Below, piece after piece: positions 32,282-46,000 of a DNA stretch of 64,000 bases. The notes under the pieces are model-generated. The model was not told where the DNA came from. It searched no databases and saw only the letters and a program-made list of their open reading frames with translations. The stretch is taken from assembly GCA_051362555.1 (NCBI GenBank), contig CM120641.1, positions 35,842,401-35,906,400 of the forward strand, written 5' to 3'. The position numbers and the translations under genes were made by a program. Position 1 is the first letter of the stretch. Every line of letters begins with the position of its first letter. This DNA is from Lingula anatina (Eukaryota > Animalia > Brachiopoda).

Positions 32282-34734
32282 ATGGCAGCCACTAGTGCCC
32301 AGACAAAGCCAGCAGCAGGAAGGTCATGGCTTGACTTCCGTAGTAAAAAAACAGAAGCAAATCCCAAAAACACTCTTTTTGGAAGTGTTTTGGAACGCCA
32401 GGATAAAGAGTCTCTGCAGCAGTTGGAAAAAATAGATGTCAAAGCATATGAACAACAAGAGCTTCAAAAGAAAGAACAGCAGAGGAGAAGGGCAAGAGCC
32501 CAGCCTGAGCTGCCAGAACACTTAAAGAAAAACCTTCCAGGTACACTTTCAATACTTCAAAAATTTTTATATATCCTGTGTTTTTTTTACACAAATGCTG
32601 TAAAGTGGATATTGGATGACATGTTGAACTAAATGAGTATTGACAGTGATTACGTGATTAAAGATGATGAATTTTTTTCTGAATTATATTTTTTTCTTCA
32701 CAGGTGATGAGGTTCTGCTGCATACTAAAGATGAGCTAAAAACTCAGAAAACAAGAGCAGAACGACTTAATGAGGTAATGGACACCAACTCCCAGAAGGC
32801 TCTTAACTTCGAAGTGAGAAAGTCAAATGTCCGTTCACCCTTCTCTGAGACATCTTCAAAACCTCATCACTGGATCAAGGAGGAGGACATCCAACATGCT
32901 GCCGAGATAAACAGGGTTGGCTTGGGAAGTACTAGGGCCTACAACAGAGATAAACATGGTGATAAAGGACCTGCCCATAGATATGCACTAATTGGAGATC
33001 CACTCAGGAAAGATATGGATTTCAATGAGGATGTTTATGGAGAAAGGGCTTCTACAGCTTTTATCGAGACAACCGCAGAAAGACTAGGTTTTCCTTCATT
33101 TAAGCTGCAGAAAACGAAGAAAGATGTGTCAAAAGAAGCCAACAAGTATGATCTGCCACAGAACATCAGGCATCAGTTTGGGTCCAAAGAAGTTGACAGA
33201 CTACTCGCAGATCAAGCACTTGTTAAAAGGACCCTAGAAGAGCAGGAGCTGCAGAGGAAACATCTTGCCCGTGCCAGATCTGATCTCACCGGAGCATCAC
33301 TAAAGTACGGGCCTATAGATCCTGCCTATGAGAGCCTGAGCAATTCTGTACGCCAGAATATCTGCCCAGGCTACACTTTCCCACGCTTCAACATCAGCCA
33401 CAACAAAGAAATGTACAATGATAATATCTTCAAAACAAGATACAGTGACCCTGATGAGTATAGAATGCAGAAGGATGAACTAGGTAAGCTAATAATGTTT
33501 AATAGATATTTTCTGGATATTGACTATATTTAGATAAATACTATTGATTTTTGAAGTTATTGAAAACAGTAAGATTTTTCAACGTATTCCAAATGAATGA
33601 AAATTGAAACTTTTATGTTTTTAATTGAATAATATTCAGATTGATGAAATCTGTATGAGTTTCTATATGGCACGGGAGAGTTCCTCCAAGGCAAGCATTT
33701 AAGAGGTTTTAATGTGATCAAAAATTATAGTCTTTTAGGTTTTTGTACTTAGACAAGTACTGGTACATTTTTGTCAGAAGATATGTTATGCAGTATGGTT
33801 GTTTGTTTTTGCTGTGACATTAAACTAATTTGCATTTGGTTTTATGTAGGTAGATATAGAGAATATACTTGTGGAATGCAAGATCATTTCTTGAGATACT
33901 GAGTGAAGTTTATTTTTCTTACAGGAAGATGGGCTGAATATAATGTCATAAGAGAGAAGATGAAAAAGGCATATGATCAGTACCTGCATGAAATTCTGGC
34001 ATCCAAGCAAACTACAGAGTGATTGACTTAGTAATGATCGGGGTGCAATTATTTTTTCACCACTCACCAAGTAAAGGTTGGCTATAGTTAATCCAAAAAA
34101 CGGATAGGCCAAACTTGGTGAGTGGATCTTTTAAAGCACTGGCTGCACCAAAATGACCCAGAATGGTCAAGTTGGTGTGTGCTTTGTCTGCACCCTGATG
34201 ATAAGTACCATTTTTCTAAGGACTTTTTCCTATCCTGTATTATTACCCAGGATATGAACTGATACATGTACATAGTCATAGCCACACTCTGATGTACATA
34301 CCTGCCTTGACCTGACAAGTGTGATGTGACTGTGTGTCCTTTGTAATATAATCTCCGTGTGATGTGATGGGACACTCATGTCATTTGCCGTGCTGTTTTT
34401 ACTAGGTAGATGGTCAGAGTTCAGTGTTTTGCATGAAAAGATGAAGAGGAAATATGACGAGTACTTAGCTTCACTTCCCAAAGCAGAGCGCAACTGGGAC
34501 AAGGATGCCAAGAGACCACCTAAGCCACCTGATCCAAAACCACCAAAACAAAAACCTAAGCCAAAACCTCCCAAGCAAGCCAAAGGAGACATGGTTGTTG
34601 AGGATGTTGAGTTTCGTACTCCACCATTGACTCCTCCTCCTGAAAAGAAGGCCGATATTCAACCATTACCAACTGTCACAAGAGATGATGAATTCTGGGA
34701 CTTTTTTGACCAACCTGTTCCAAAATTACCTTAA
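32282..34734 (+). CDS. TEX33: TEX33/CIMIP4-like ciliary protein, long isoform (~455 aa, distal last exon)
   Basis: Exons 32282-32540, 32704-33483 and 34406-34734 join in frame. LPQNIRHQFGSKEVDRLL and QKDELGRW resemble the TEX33 family motifs I recall (PENIRHKFGS..., KTDDLGRW). The gene model is firmer than the name. Confidence 0.7.
33925..34022 (+). CDS. TEX33: Alternative proximal last coding exon of the TEX33-like gene (short isoform, ~378 aa)
   Basis: Acceptor ttttcttacag, same phase as the distal exon. Encodes GRWAEYNVIREKMKKAYDQYLHEILASKQTTE*, homologous to the distal GRWSEFSVLHEKMKRKYDEYL. Confidence 0.8.
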
Positions 34735-35134
34735 TGCTGGTCCCTCCTTGTTGTATTTTATTTAATTTCATTGTGTTTGGTGAGCAAATTTTACATTTCA
34801 AACCAGTTATTTAAAGAATATTTTTAATCAAACATAGTGAAATTATGTATTTTAACTTCAAGGAGATGCTCACTTTATTTTGGGTCACATGCAATTCCTT
34901 TGGTGCTTTTACATTACTGAACTTTGTCATATGGCAGATTGATTGTTAAAATATCTACCTTAAGGTGCCTCTTAATTATGTGGTATGCTTGGTGATTCAG
35001 GTTGGAGATTTAACATTTGTGGTAGCATACATTGTCAAAATTGTGATATTAAAAATCTTGATTATTTTACGTTTCAATGAATTTTAAGCATTGCTTCCTG
35101 TTTTATTCCCAAACTTTACACTTTCTCTGATGTT

Positions 35135-35137
<3 letters not shown>

Positions 35138-35216
<79 letters not shown>
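35138..35216. repeat. (TA)n microsatellite in the probable 3'UTR of the TEX33-like gene
   Basis: Directly visible; AATAAA sites follow at ~35295 and ~35362. Confidence 0.95.
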
Positions 35217-35219
<3 letters not shown>

Positions 35220-38200
35220 CAAATACCATGCAGGGTTGTATACACTGGTCTTCTGATTATATATTTATATATATTTAAGAAATGCCATATCTTGAATAAA
35301 TATAGTAAATACTGAAATTGATTCAAAGCTTAACATTATTACATTATTCTCCCAGATCTTGAATAAAACTGAAATACTACCGGTTAAATATTCAGTGACA
35401 TAATTAGCCTTCTTTGAGGATCTCATGATATCTTCATCTGATTCAACATATTTTGGATATTTTCATTCGGCACTAATCAGAGAAAGTTTCACAGAATGCT
35501 GAATTTGTGTTAGGTATTTGGGAAGAACAATAACAAAATATTCGTATGGCAATTAAAAAAGAGAGTCTAGCGTATTCTAGCATTTGCACGTTTTCCAATT
35601 GCATTCAATATACACGTATGTTTTATATATTAACAATTGCACAGAAGCTTGATATGTGCCTTTTAATCACAGCGTACATAATCATACAAAATGATTGGAT
35701 CAAATTTGCACTATTCGCTATTTGTCGAAATAGGATTTTACAGAAATTTGGCACGCATGTGCATATTGGACACATCTGTGAACTGGTCACCAGTTAATCA
35801 AATTTCTTTCTTGACATTGAAAATGGTGGGTGGTTTTATCAAGTAAACAAACATATAACCTTATACATGTATATACATGTATATCTACATGTATAGCTTT
35901 ACTCTACACAGCATAAATCAATAATCGTGGAACTACTTTCCTCTTTTAAAAATGATAAGCACTATGAAATTATGTTTGGGAATTGTGCTTGTGTTCTTGC
36001 TTTTATGGCTGATGCTGCATTTGTTCTATCCAGCCTTAGCGTTCCTAAACATGACAGACAAACACAGTCACGTTGTTATGAAATCAGTATTTTGATCTAT
36101 GGAAAAAAAGACAAAAAGAATCGAAAAAACCTAGGCTATCTGAAAAACAAGATTTTCAAGTCAAAAGGAAATAAGGTATAGAAGTGTTACATTGACAGGT
36201 TGTTGCATTTCTTCTGGCGTTAAATTATTATTTTGAATTTAATTATAGCCTTTTGACTGTTATATTTGCTCTTTTAATCTTGGAATTATATACAAACGAC
36301 TCATTTTATAAACCTTCAAGTCAATTAATGCCAGCTAGTTCTTACTTAAAATTCTTTTATTATTAAATATTTCATTCCAGATTTCTATCAATTATCATTA
36401 GATATAAAGTTGAGTTTGCATATCTCCGAAAAATAGGTCTTATCTGTTCTAATCTTTCAGATAGAGGCTGGCAATCGAACTGCCAAACTTGATTAATGTC
36501 ACCAAAATCACTTTTGCCCTGATAACCCAGTTGGGCCAGGTAGTCTAATATCTGGTTAAAAATCACCCGAAATTCAGAGCTTTGGCTCCCAGCCACCGTG
36601 CGTAGGTCCTGTCCAAAGGGTTACCAAAACAAAAGGACAAATAGCGCATTCCAGCCTTAAGTTTTTACCCATTATATTTGTATTGACAAGCCGTATTTAT
36701 GCAACACGGATTACTATTGAGATTTTTTTATTTCATCTCTGTGTATACTCTGTTTGTTTCACACCTCGCTGAATGTAATAGCTGGTAACTTATAGGTTTT
36801 TATTCAAAGTTCATTTGTGAGAGTTTATTCAATTAACCTGTTTTGGTTTTATTGAACGTGCCATGCCTGATTAAGCACGTCAATAAATTGGAGTTTGATT
36901 AAGAAGAAGCTATAGCATTTTTATGCGTCTGTAATAAGAAATGGTTGCTTACCTTTTAACAAGATTAAAAGAGATATTACCTAAGTAGGCTCTCTAGAAA
37001 ACTCCTGATATTTACTTAAGGTGTATTTCATGAGTGTTTTTCATCAACTAAATAACAGACAATCGGCACCATCAATTTTAACGCTTCATAGTGAAGTATT
37101 CCCATCTGTAATCATCGATGATTCAAAAGCTATCTGAATCAATAACGGATTGAACCAAGCAAAAAGGCGGACCGGAGGCGAAATCTTTAATCCCTTTTCG
37201 ATAGCTTCAAAGTCAACTCAGATCAAATATGATGCGGTTTATTTCGGTGCGCTTGAGAAAGTATTTATGTGGTGAAATTCTTCGCATGTGTTTTATGGAT
37301 CATTTGCACGCGTCTCAGGATCAAATATAAGACTCCAACACTATTGATAAAATTTGCTTTGATCATTAGCTTTACTGACATATAATTAGAAATGACTTTT
37401 CTGTTGCTTATTCTATAAACACCAAGGGATTAAATGTTTGAGAAGTCTTTCGTGTCTTCAAACACTATTAAAAACACGTAGTTCTTTCGCTTAAAGCAGT
37501 CTAAGAGAAAAATAAAGGACCACTTTTTACTTACATGTATACTTGAAAAATTACCTTTTGAGATTCACGTCACTTTTCTATTAAATTTAAATTAAATGTC
37601 ATCTATTTATTGCTAAAACTATTATTGCTAAATATCAAACTAAAACACCGTAACACCTTGTAAAATTAAATATAACACATTTGTTAAGATTTTCATTGTT
37701 TTTGTTATTGCAAGGACTACAAAAGGTTGTGCATTTCGTGTCTTGATCCATTTTTGAAAAACAATCCACATTCATGTACAGATATACCTTTTATATTGTT
37801 CATAATACATTGTCAGTTATACATTCATTTCTAATTTGGTAAAGGAGATAACCAAACTCAGACAGCATTACCATAAACTAAGTAAGACCTCGGAATAACA
37901 AATGCTGATCTATTAAACAAAAGACTTACAGCGAAATGTAGTTCGAATAAGGTACACGTGTATAATAAGGATGTCTAAATCGCCATCCCCGTAATGAAAA
38001 TATTTGACCCAAATATCAAAAGCCAAATGTAAAAGGCCCGACATTGGTGGCAAGTTTTATGAAATATACTTGTACAGTTCTATGTATTATAAAGACGGCC
38101 ACCAGGAGGCACAAACACACTACATAAATAGTACTACATGAAATACATATGACAAACACTGTGAATAAAAACGAGTTCAGAATCTTATTGGTTGATAGGT

Positions 38201-39186
38201 CTTTTTTCACACATGTGGGGCGAACCTCTCTCAACCTCCTTAACCTCTTGCAATCATTTGTAACTAGCTGTCCTTACCTCGAGATAATGGCAGGCGAATT
38301 TCAAACCCGTCGGTAAATATGAGTTCCAATATTGTTTTTGGGTTTTCTAAAGATGCGCCATTAATTGCTTGACTGCATCATATTAAATACGACTTTAAAA
38401 GAGTGGCAAAAACTATTATTTTTCCATTTGATGAAACCATAAAAATCTCAAATCCAAGCCTATGATGGTAACTTTTAGGAAAGCAGAATAGCACACTACG
38501 ATAATACATATTTCAAGTATCATCTATTATGTGTGGTAAATTGTGCCATTTTAACCTTGGTCTATTCAAAAAGAATTACAGACTGTGATGAATACAGACT
38601 ATTTAAACGAAAAAAAACACCCTACGGCTGTGTGTCACGTTTTAATAGAAATTCATTTCTAAAAGAAACTATACAGACAATGCTAATAGAGTGCAATTTT
38701 TATATAATTGCTTTAATCTGTCATTTCAAATAGAGGATACCTGATTGAACGTATTGAGCAAATTGTCAGTGTCAGATATGTCAAAATAAAAATGCGCATG
38801 AAATTGCAAAGTTTACGTAAACGATATTGGTTATCCAATATCACACGAGAGATAAATTCAGGTAAATGCTTCGTGAATGATATCGTTATGGCAGTACAGT
38901 TGACAAACCGTGTCATTTATATAGCGCATTTATATGAAGTATTTCCAGTCATACTTTTTCTTACCGGATCTTTGTTATTTGTCTTCAATATGCCACATGA
39001 TTAGTGAACGTTTGGCCGTTGTGAAACATATGGCATGGACCTTTCACTGTTTTCATGCTTTTGCTTATCTTTTTTGTAATACTAGCACCGGAAAAATGAA
39101 AAAAAAAACATGCTTCACCTCTCCCTGTTTGAAAACGTGCCATTCACTGCAGTGACATAGTAGATATGTCCTTTCTTTCTCACGTT

Positions 39187-40074
39187 TCATTCCCTTTGAT
39201 GTAGCAATTTTGAAGTCCCTTCCAGACATCCGCTAAAATTTTGAGCGCCTGGTAAAATGTTTGGTCTAGGTGACACTGGAGTTGGAGAAACCTTCTCTAC
39301 TGTGTAATAGTCACTACGCAACTCACTCCCTGGGTCGTAATACGCATTTCCTGAAGCAAGTTCACCATTTCTAAAACTGATAGTGTATATCTCATCTTCT
39401 TCATCTCCGCGGACAAAATTGTTTCTCAGTGTTCTGGGCGTGTTACAAGGCGCCCTTTGAAATCTGTTGGCATTGTTGTTGTTGACGGAATCGAAACCGC
39501 CGTTCGCAGAATTTGGCTTGCTCCGAATGGGAGCGATCCTCATCTGCATGTTACCCGCAGCTGTGAAGCTCCTTGTGCACGGGCGCGGTCGAGGGGATCG
39601 TAGAAAATGCTTCTGCGCTTCGTTTAAAGATGGGGCTGGAAAATACCTCCCTGGCACCTGCCTGGCTTTCTTTAGCGAAGCCCTTGGGGGTAGCTCATCC
39701 ACTGTACTGCTGCCAGTTTTTGTAGATGTGCTACTACTAGATTTTGAGGTCGAGGAAGTCGACGCATCATCTTTAGTGTGAAAAGCCGCCGCAATGGACG
39801 GCAAATACCGAATTTCTCCTGAATCGCTTTGGGGTGTAGATCCACTACCCTGGCCATGAGGAGATGACGTCGCTGCCACCGAGGTCGACTCTATTGCCAA
39901 ACCGTCAAGCTGGCCATCAGTGTTGCCGCGGCTTAGAGCATGTTGAGATCGGGTTTTCGCACGGTTCAGATTGAAATTAAAGCCTCCGGCGTGACTACGT
40001 CGTTTCTTCGGTGACAGCCCACTTATCGTGGGCACCGGCCCATTGGGCGGTGACTTTGAATGGTGATAAAACAT
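39187..40074 (-). CDS. Uncharacterised 295-aa Ser/Pro/Arg-rich protein, single coding exon
   Basis: 888-nt ORF with GC content clearly above its flanks. An acceptor (ctaacag) lies just upstream of the ATG and a GTAAG donor at 40245, implying a 5'UTR intron. No domain recognised. Confidence 0.7.
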   Translation of the reverse strand: MFYHHSKSPPNGPVPTISGLSPKKRRSHAGGFNFNLNRAKTRSQHALSRGNTDGQLDGLAIESTSVAATSSPHGQGSGSTPQSDSGEIRYLPSIAAAFHTKDDASTSSTSKSSSSTSTKTGSSTVDELPPRASLKKARQVPGRYFPAPSLNEAQKHFLRSPRPRPCTRSFTAAGNMQMRIAPIRSKPNSANGGFDSVNNNNANRFQRAPCNTPRTLRNNFVRGDEEDEIYTISFRNGELASGNAYYDPGSELRSDYYTVEKVSPTPVSPRPNILPGAQNFSGCLEGTSKLLHQRE

Positions 40075-41927
40075 CCTGTTAGCAAAATGTCAATGTTTAA
40101 AAACCTATGTGATTTTTTCTCGTGTTCTTCGTTATGCGCGAATCAGAAATTACATCTTGATCGCACACGAGCCAAGGTGTCTGTGCCGACGACCGTAACT
40201 AGGTATTGATCCTCACATTTCAGCAGCCAATCAATATCAGCTTACTTGATAACTAGTGTCTTGGTTTTCCAGGGACGGCGAGGCAATCACAAGAGCGAAT
40301 CCAGCCACTTCCCGCTGTCCTTGAGAGGCTTTGTTTTAAGTTTAGCAACAAGTCACGCAGTCCGCGCCGTCTCCGGGTTGCCGTGAACTTCGCAGAAAGG
40401 CTGGCTGCCTCTAGACTCATGCGCACTTTTGTGTATCGAGAATTGATCAAATATAAAAGAAAATACGACATTTAATGCTGTGCAATCAAGCGTACCTCGG
40501 GCCAATAATGTGTAGTTGAATACGGTGTTGTTGGTTTGACAATAGCCAATACTTCGGTGATTTCTTAAATAATAAATAAAGCGCGCTGCAAACGCATGTG
40601 TATATATGATTTAAAGGGCTAATGAAAAGAAACCATTACAATCCACAAAATCAAATATCAAGTGGATGCTCTATCCCCATTTTTGAATTCAACGCCTATT
40701 AAGAAAAGGGGAATAGTTTGACTTAAAAGGTGAGATTATTATCAAAAAATAAACAAACGAATAAATGCCTCAAAACATGGAATAGTTTATCAAGGCATAT
40801 GTTTAGATATGCTGTTGAGTTACTACCACTACTATATAAACAACTGTCACTAATGAAAGGCGTAAAACCTTTATAAGACACAACTACCGTTCTATTCTAA
40901 TTTGTTATTAAAGTTAGCTTGACGTCTAAGCAGATGTGTTAACAAGGTGGATTAAGTTTCCATATTCAGTTCTGTTATGAGCACTTATTGTATGCGTTGT
41001 CAAGTGGACATGCTGCTTGTGTACGTGAATATATGAAAGCAAAGACATATGGTTATATCATGATTTGTTTTCTTTTGTTTTCGGCTTGCCCCCTTATTAC
41101 ACAAAATATCTCATACAATATGAACATGACAACTATGTGAAATCTTTGTCTTTATCATATATCAACCTCAATAAGTTATATAGCAGGCACTGTAAACATA
41201 CGTACAGCAAACATAGCAAAAAGCACTTCTATGCAAAGTGCAATGAGAGAAACAACACAACAACAAGTTTCATATTAAATGGTTATTTGTTCATAATGAC
41301 AAATACGGTAAATAATGATGATAATTTAAGAATGATATAAAAATGAATTTTAAATACACGTGCTGTAAAAAATAGAGCTCTTATTAATGCTCATGACATT
41401 GATAATAAATTGGAGCATCCATGAATGACAGTAACACGCGGTTATATGAAAAAGCCACCTTTTGATCAGACAGAACTCTGATTATTTCACCGCAAGTACA
41501 GTATGTGCCATATGCAATTTCTAGTATCAAAAGACTGTTGTCAAAAATACATTCATAAAGTAAGTATCTGATCGCGATAGCTATATAAGATCAACATCCA
41601 AAATCCCAAAATCGATATGGACGAAAAGATATAGATAAATATAGATACAAATGAAACACATCATTCACTTATTCACATTGAGCAGCCAACTACGGTTGAC
41701 GTTATTAACGTGGGCGATTTTTTAGGCAAACTTCATGATTTATATGCAGCTCAATTTTTTCATCTAAAAGACATAGACGTGTTGTGGTTAAATAAGTAAA
41801 AAAGCTGTGCTGCGGCGTATACTAATACTGTACAATGTATTGTTTGGGTAAAGCGATACGTGTTATATAACGTGTTGTATGTGAGATCACACACAATGCG
41901 ACAGGTGATCCAGCTCAACCACAACAA

Positions 41928-43046
41928 CTACAATTCTTCGCTATACAGAAATTGATCTGGACTGTTGGGTGGGCAATACGCTTGAAACTCCTCACCATTC
42001 ACAGCATCGTCCATTTCAGGAAGTTTCAAAACAATGGACTTCTGACGATTGGAGTCTGCTATTTCATCAATGCACGAGTTTTGATTCCAGGCAACAAAAG
42101 GACTAGATTGTTGTCCCATATGTGTAATAACTAAAGGAGATAGCATTGTTTCTGGATCTTCGGATCCTGTTTGTCTTTTTACACCTGCTGAGCTAGGCCA
42201 ATGTATATGTTGAGTCTTGGGCTCTTTGGGGTTGATGCTGATGCTAGTGCTCTTTGGCGTGTTTGATAATTTTTGTGAAAGAAGGCTATAATCGCCACCT
42301 TTTTTTGCAGAGTAGCTTGTTGAGTACCCAGAATCATTGCCACTTCTTACGATGTGTGTTTCATTCATTTCTTTCTGTCCCGAAAATAAGTTCCCAGTGG
42401 AGATGGCTTGTCGGTTATGTATCATATTTGTGGACGGTCTGTATGACTGAATAACAGTTCCCAGATTCTGATGGTCCGTTCGGCCTAAGACTCCAGAAAG
42501 TGTTTCCCTTTCATGAACAGTCATTCGAGAGATACACCTAGAATATGACTCCTGACCCATCAGGCATTTCAGAGATTTTCGTGTTCTCGCCAAAAAATCT
42601 TTGTCTCTTCGTTCAACTTCACTGGTTCTTACTTTGACTTGAAATGTCGGGAGAGCAATTGTTCTGTTGTCATAAAGTTCTTGATCTTTCTTCTTCGATT
42701 TCGCAGAACCAGATGCGATCCGGTGTCTCTTACTGAATATCTCAGAGGTGGAAAGTTGTCTTTTTTTAGATGCACTGTGAATGTCTGGTAAGGCTGATGA
42801 TTTTTCTCTTTCTTTGGTATATCCACACTGCTTTATATCTTTTTGAGACATATTAGCACTTTTAGACTTCTTGGTGATTTCGTTTTCTAAACTGTCATTT
42901 ATCATATATCCAAGAGGGCGGACGACATGTGGAAGAGGGCGTCCATAAGCCTCGTGCTCTCTCGGTGAAAGCAGAAGGAATGTTTGCGGCAACCAGCATT
43001 TGTCACATGTTACGCTGGACGTGCTAGTAGTTGTGCCAGTTGCCAT
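41928..43046 (-). CDS. Uncharacterised 372-aa Ser/Lys-rich protein, single coding exon
   Basis: 1119-nt ATG-initiated ORF (ataATGG context) in AT-rich DNA. No domain recognised. Confidence 0.72.
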   Translation of the reverse strand: MATGTTTSTSSVTCDKCWLPQTFLLLSPREHEAYGRPLPHVVRPLGYMINDSLENEITKKSKSANMSQKDIKQCGYTKEREKSSALPDIHSASKKRQLSTSEIFSKRHRIASGSAKSKKKDQELYDNRTIALPTFQVKVRTSEVERRDKDFLARTRKSLKCLMGQESYSRCISRMTVHERETLSGVLGRTDHQNLGTVIQSYRPSTNMIHNRQAISTGNLFSGQKEMNETHIVRSGNDSGYSTSYSAKKGGDYSLLSQKLSNTPKSTSISINPKEPKTQHIHWPSSAGVKRQTGSEDPETMLSPLVITHMGQQSSPFVAWNQNSCIDEIADSNRQKSIVLKLPEMDDAVNGEEFQAYCPPNSPDQFLYSEEL

Positions 43047-46000
43047 TATAAGAAGACCAAAAAAGTTGTCAAAACAACTTCAATATTAAAGCTATACGAA
43101 TAAACCAGTTGAATGAGGGACGAAATTAATCTACAGTTTGTCTTTGTTGAGGTGTACTTCATCTGGAAGCTACGTCAGTTGTCAGCATAGACAAAACCCC
43201 GTAGTTAATAGTCAAGTTGACAGACTATTACCTTTCGAAGCACACGTTGAAGCCGGTGCCGTTGCGATAATGGCTCTCATCTGATCTCTATAGTTGGACA
43301 AAATATCGTCTGAACTTTTGCTCCTGAATGGTCAATTTGACACCGTAAGAATATTCACCGATGTTAATATCTGCTGTATGTCGTTGTTATAGGGTACCCC
43401 ATCTAGTAATGTGAATGTTATTGATCCCAGTGCGCGTATTAGCGCGGTCGTTAACGACTAAATCCCTGTACTTTATCCTCCAGTCAGAATAAAATCACGA
43501 TATTTCGTGAAAACATCGACGGTTCTGTGTCAATACCACATAATCAGTTTCCGTTGTATTTATTCCTCAGTTTGATATTCCCACTGAAAACAATACTTGA
43601 CTTTTTGCATGTGTCACTTCACCATAATAACGCTGACATTTATATTCATTTGTCTGTGTCGCTTTGAGTTTTTTGTTTTGCATCAGCTAAGTATTTTCTG
43701 CAAGTTTATCTCTGTATCAAATATATTTCGCCGTCCCAGCGTTACTTGGATTCAAGGCAACAACTCGAATTCATTTCTACATCACACGATAAAATAACAC
43801 CGTTCTTCTATCGTCTGCCTCATTGTTTTACAGCAGCTATATACATCGATTAACTCCAAACTTCCAAATGCAGAAACTCAGCTTAATTTGACTCTTTAAA
43901 TCGGTATAGCGTCCAGGGGGTACTGCTCCTCAGTGCTGCAGGAGCCATGGAAAGTAACCCCTGCCAAATGGTTAAGCTTCATGTTAGGGTTATAAAAATA
44001 CCGTAAGCTTCACCACAATACTCTCTTTAGAGAAAACTGCATCTGTATATAAATTGTCATTTTTCTTTGGGGGGCGATAGTTACAGGGTCACCATGAGGA
44101 TTGCAAATATAAATTGAACTCCATTGATAGGCCCATTATCCGATTGTTTTTCCACAGAAGTTCACACACAATGTTAAATAGAGGGTGGTTAATGCCGTGT
44201 GTTTTGAGAGGAACTCATGCAATCAACATTGTTTGCACAGCGCACTGAAATGGGAAAATACTTTGTCATTTGTAGAAATGTGTTGCTGAATTGATTTCTC
44301 CTGTTAGTGACCGTGACCATGAGAAACTTGCATAATTCTTTCTCTTTCTTCAATGTTGCCGTAAGCTTGTTAAGGAAAAGTAAAGAGGGACTGCTAAGAA
44401 GTTATATTTGGTCACTATATATTGTATCACCGGTTTATTTACAAATAGCAGTTAAAATCAAAATCTGCCCAGGGGGTTCCATGCATGAATTCAGTCTTCC
44501 CATACTCTATTAATAGAGTCATTGCTAGCATTGACTTTGTTCCTAGTGCATGCCTATTGACATTTTTAGCAAGGAAAGCTGTTAAAAATATTTTTTTAAT
44601 TTTTGAAACAAAATACACATTCATTTTACAAGTCAGATAGTTTTATCAAACAAACCAATTTTAATCATTTTTACAAGTGGGAGGATTACAATGTAGGATG
44701 ATGAGTCGTATTGAATATTTCATATATATTTTTTATCCCTTTGGCCATAACATTTATATAGGCAACGATTTGTTTCACTAAAATTATTAGGATAGCGGGG
44801 TTATATAATAAAAGCGGCCTTGTTTGGCCAAATCTCGAACAACCAATATTCTTCATTCCCTTCTGTCTTGTTGTGAATGGGAAAATGAAAGTTTGTGGTA
44901 CACTGGGATGGAGGAAACACAAAGTTCCAAAAATATACCCTCTGATACAAGGGGCTTCTTAAAATAGTGTACAAAATTTAAGCATGAGCGAGGCGATACA
45001 ATAACTTTGTAACAGACTACTAGCGCATCCTGTGGTCAGAGAATACCATAAATAAATCATGTGCGAAATAACGGTGAAAATCAACCGTTCATGTAGTACA
45101 TAGCTTCCCTACTGCATGGTCAGAATATTTCCCTTATGTAAAAAGACACATTCCAAATGATGTATGCTCCTAATTATATATTATACACTTAATATTCATA
45201 TGGAGTTTAAAGGAGTTTAGTGTCTCCCCTTTCAAAAATTACATCCCAAACGTGAACCAGTAGGCAATATTTTTACTAATCTTTTTTTTTTTTTACGTCT
45301 GCACTAATATACAACTATAATTGCTTCAGTGGTTATGCCAAACGATATTTGCTTTGGTCTATTTGTCATTGTAGAAAGTCTCATACAAAATTCTCGATTA
45401 CAAATAATAAAAAATACACTTCCATTATCGTTTTAAAACTAATCAAATAAAAGTGAATGTAGGTAAAATATTCAACACAAAAATCACGTATGCATCTCTG
45501 TACTGCCTCCACCTCACTTTTCACAGGTGCGAGGTTACATACATATAACCCGTGAAAGCGCTTGCGGCCTCTATTGTAATGTAAAAGCTGTAGTATTTCA
45601 ATGGAGGTTCGTTTATACTAAATAATCAGTCAATTCTTCACTTACCCCTGTTGTGACAAACTGAATAAAGTTAGTACACTCGGACATAGAAATATTGCAA
45701 ACAAAACGACAATAGAAAAACTTCGCGCCGTACTTGGAGATGTTAATTTAAGCGTGACTTATGGCATTCTAAACATCAAAAAGCTTTAGTCAAGGGTTTT
45801 TTGATGTGACAATTTCGAGAACTTTTCCATCGAAGACAGCAAGCGCACATCTAAAACATTGTTTATCGAGAAAACGGGTTTATATTCTGAGAAAGAGGAA
45901 AGGACTTGTGGAAATGATTGGATATTTAAATAGTGAACCCTAACCTGGTTGCTACAATCGAAATTGCTCACTTGAGCGTAAATTGTGGAAAAATACGTCG

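Noticed and set aside
35400-39150. Short 60-85 aa ORFs between the TEX33-like gene and the orphan ORFs
   Set aside because: AT-rich, no coherent splice pattern or protein motif; treated as non-coding
43925-43945. Iron-responsive element, suggested by CAGTGC in a hairpin loop
   Set aside because: The five bases either side of CAGTGC do not pair directly and the bulged C is missing
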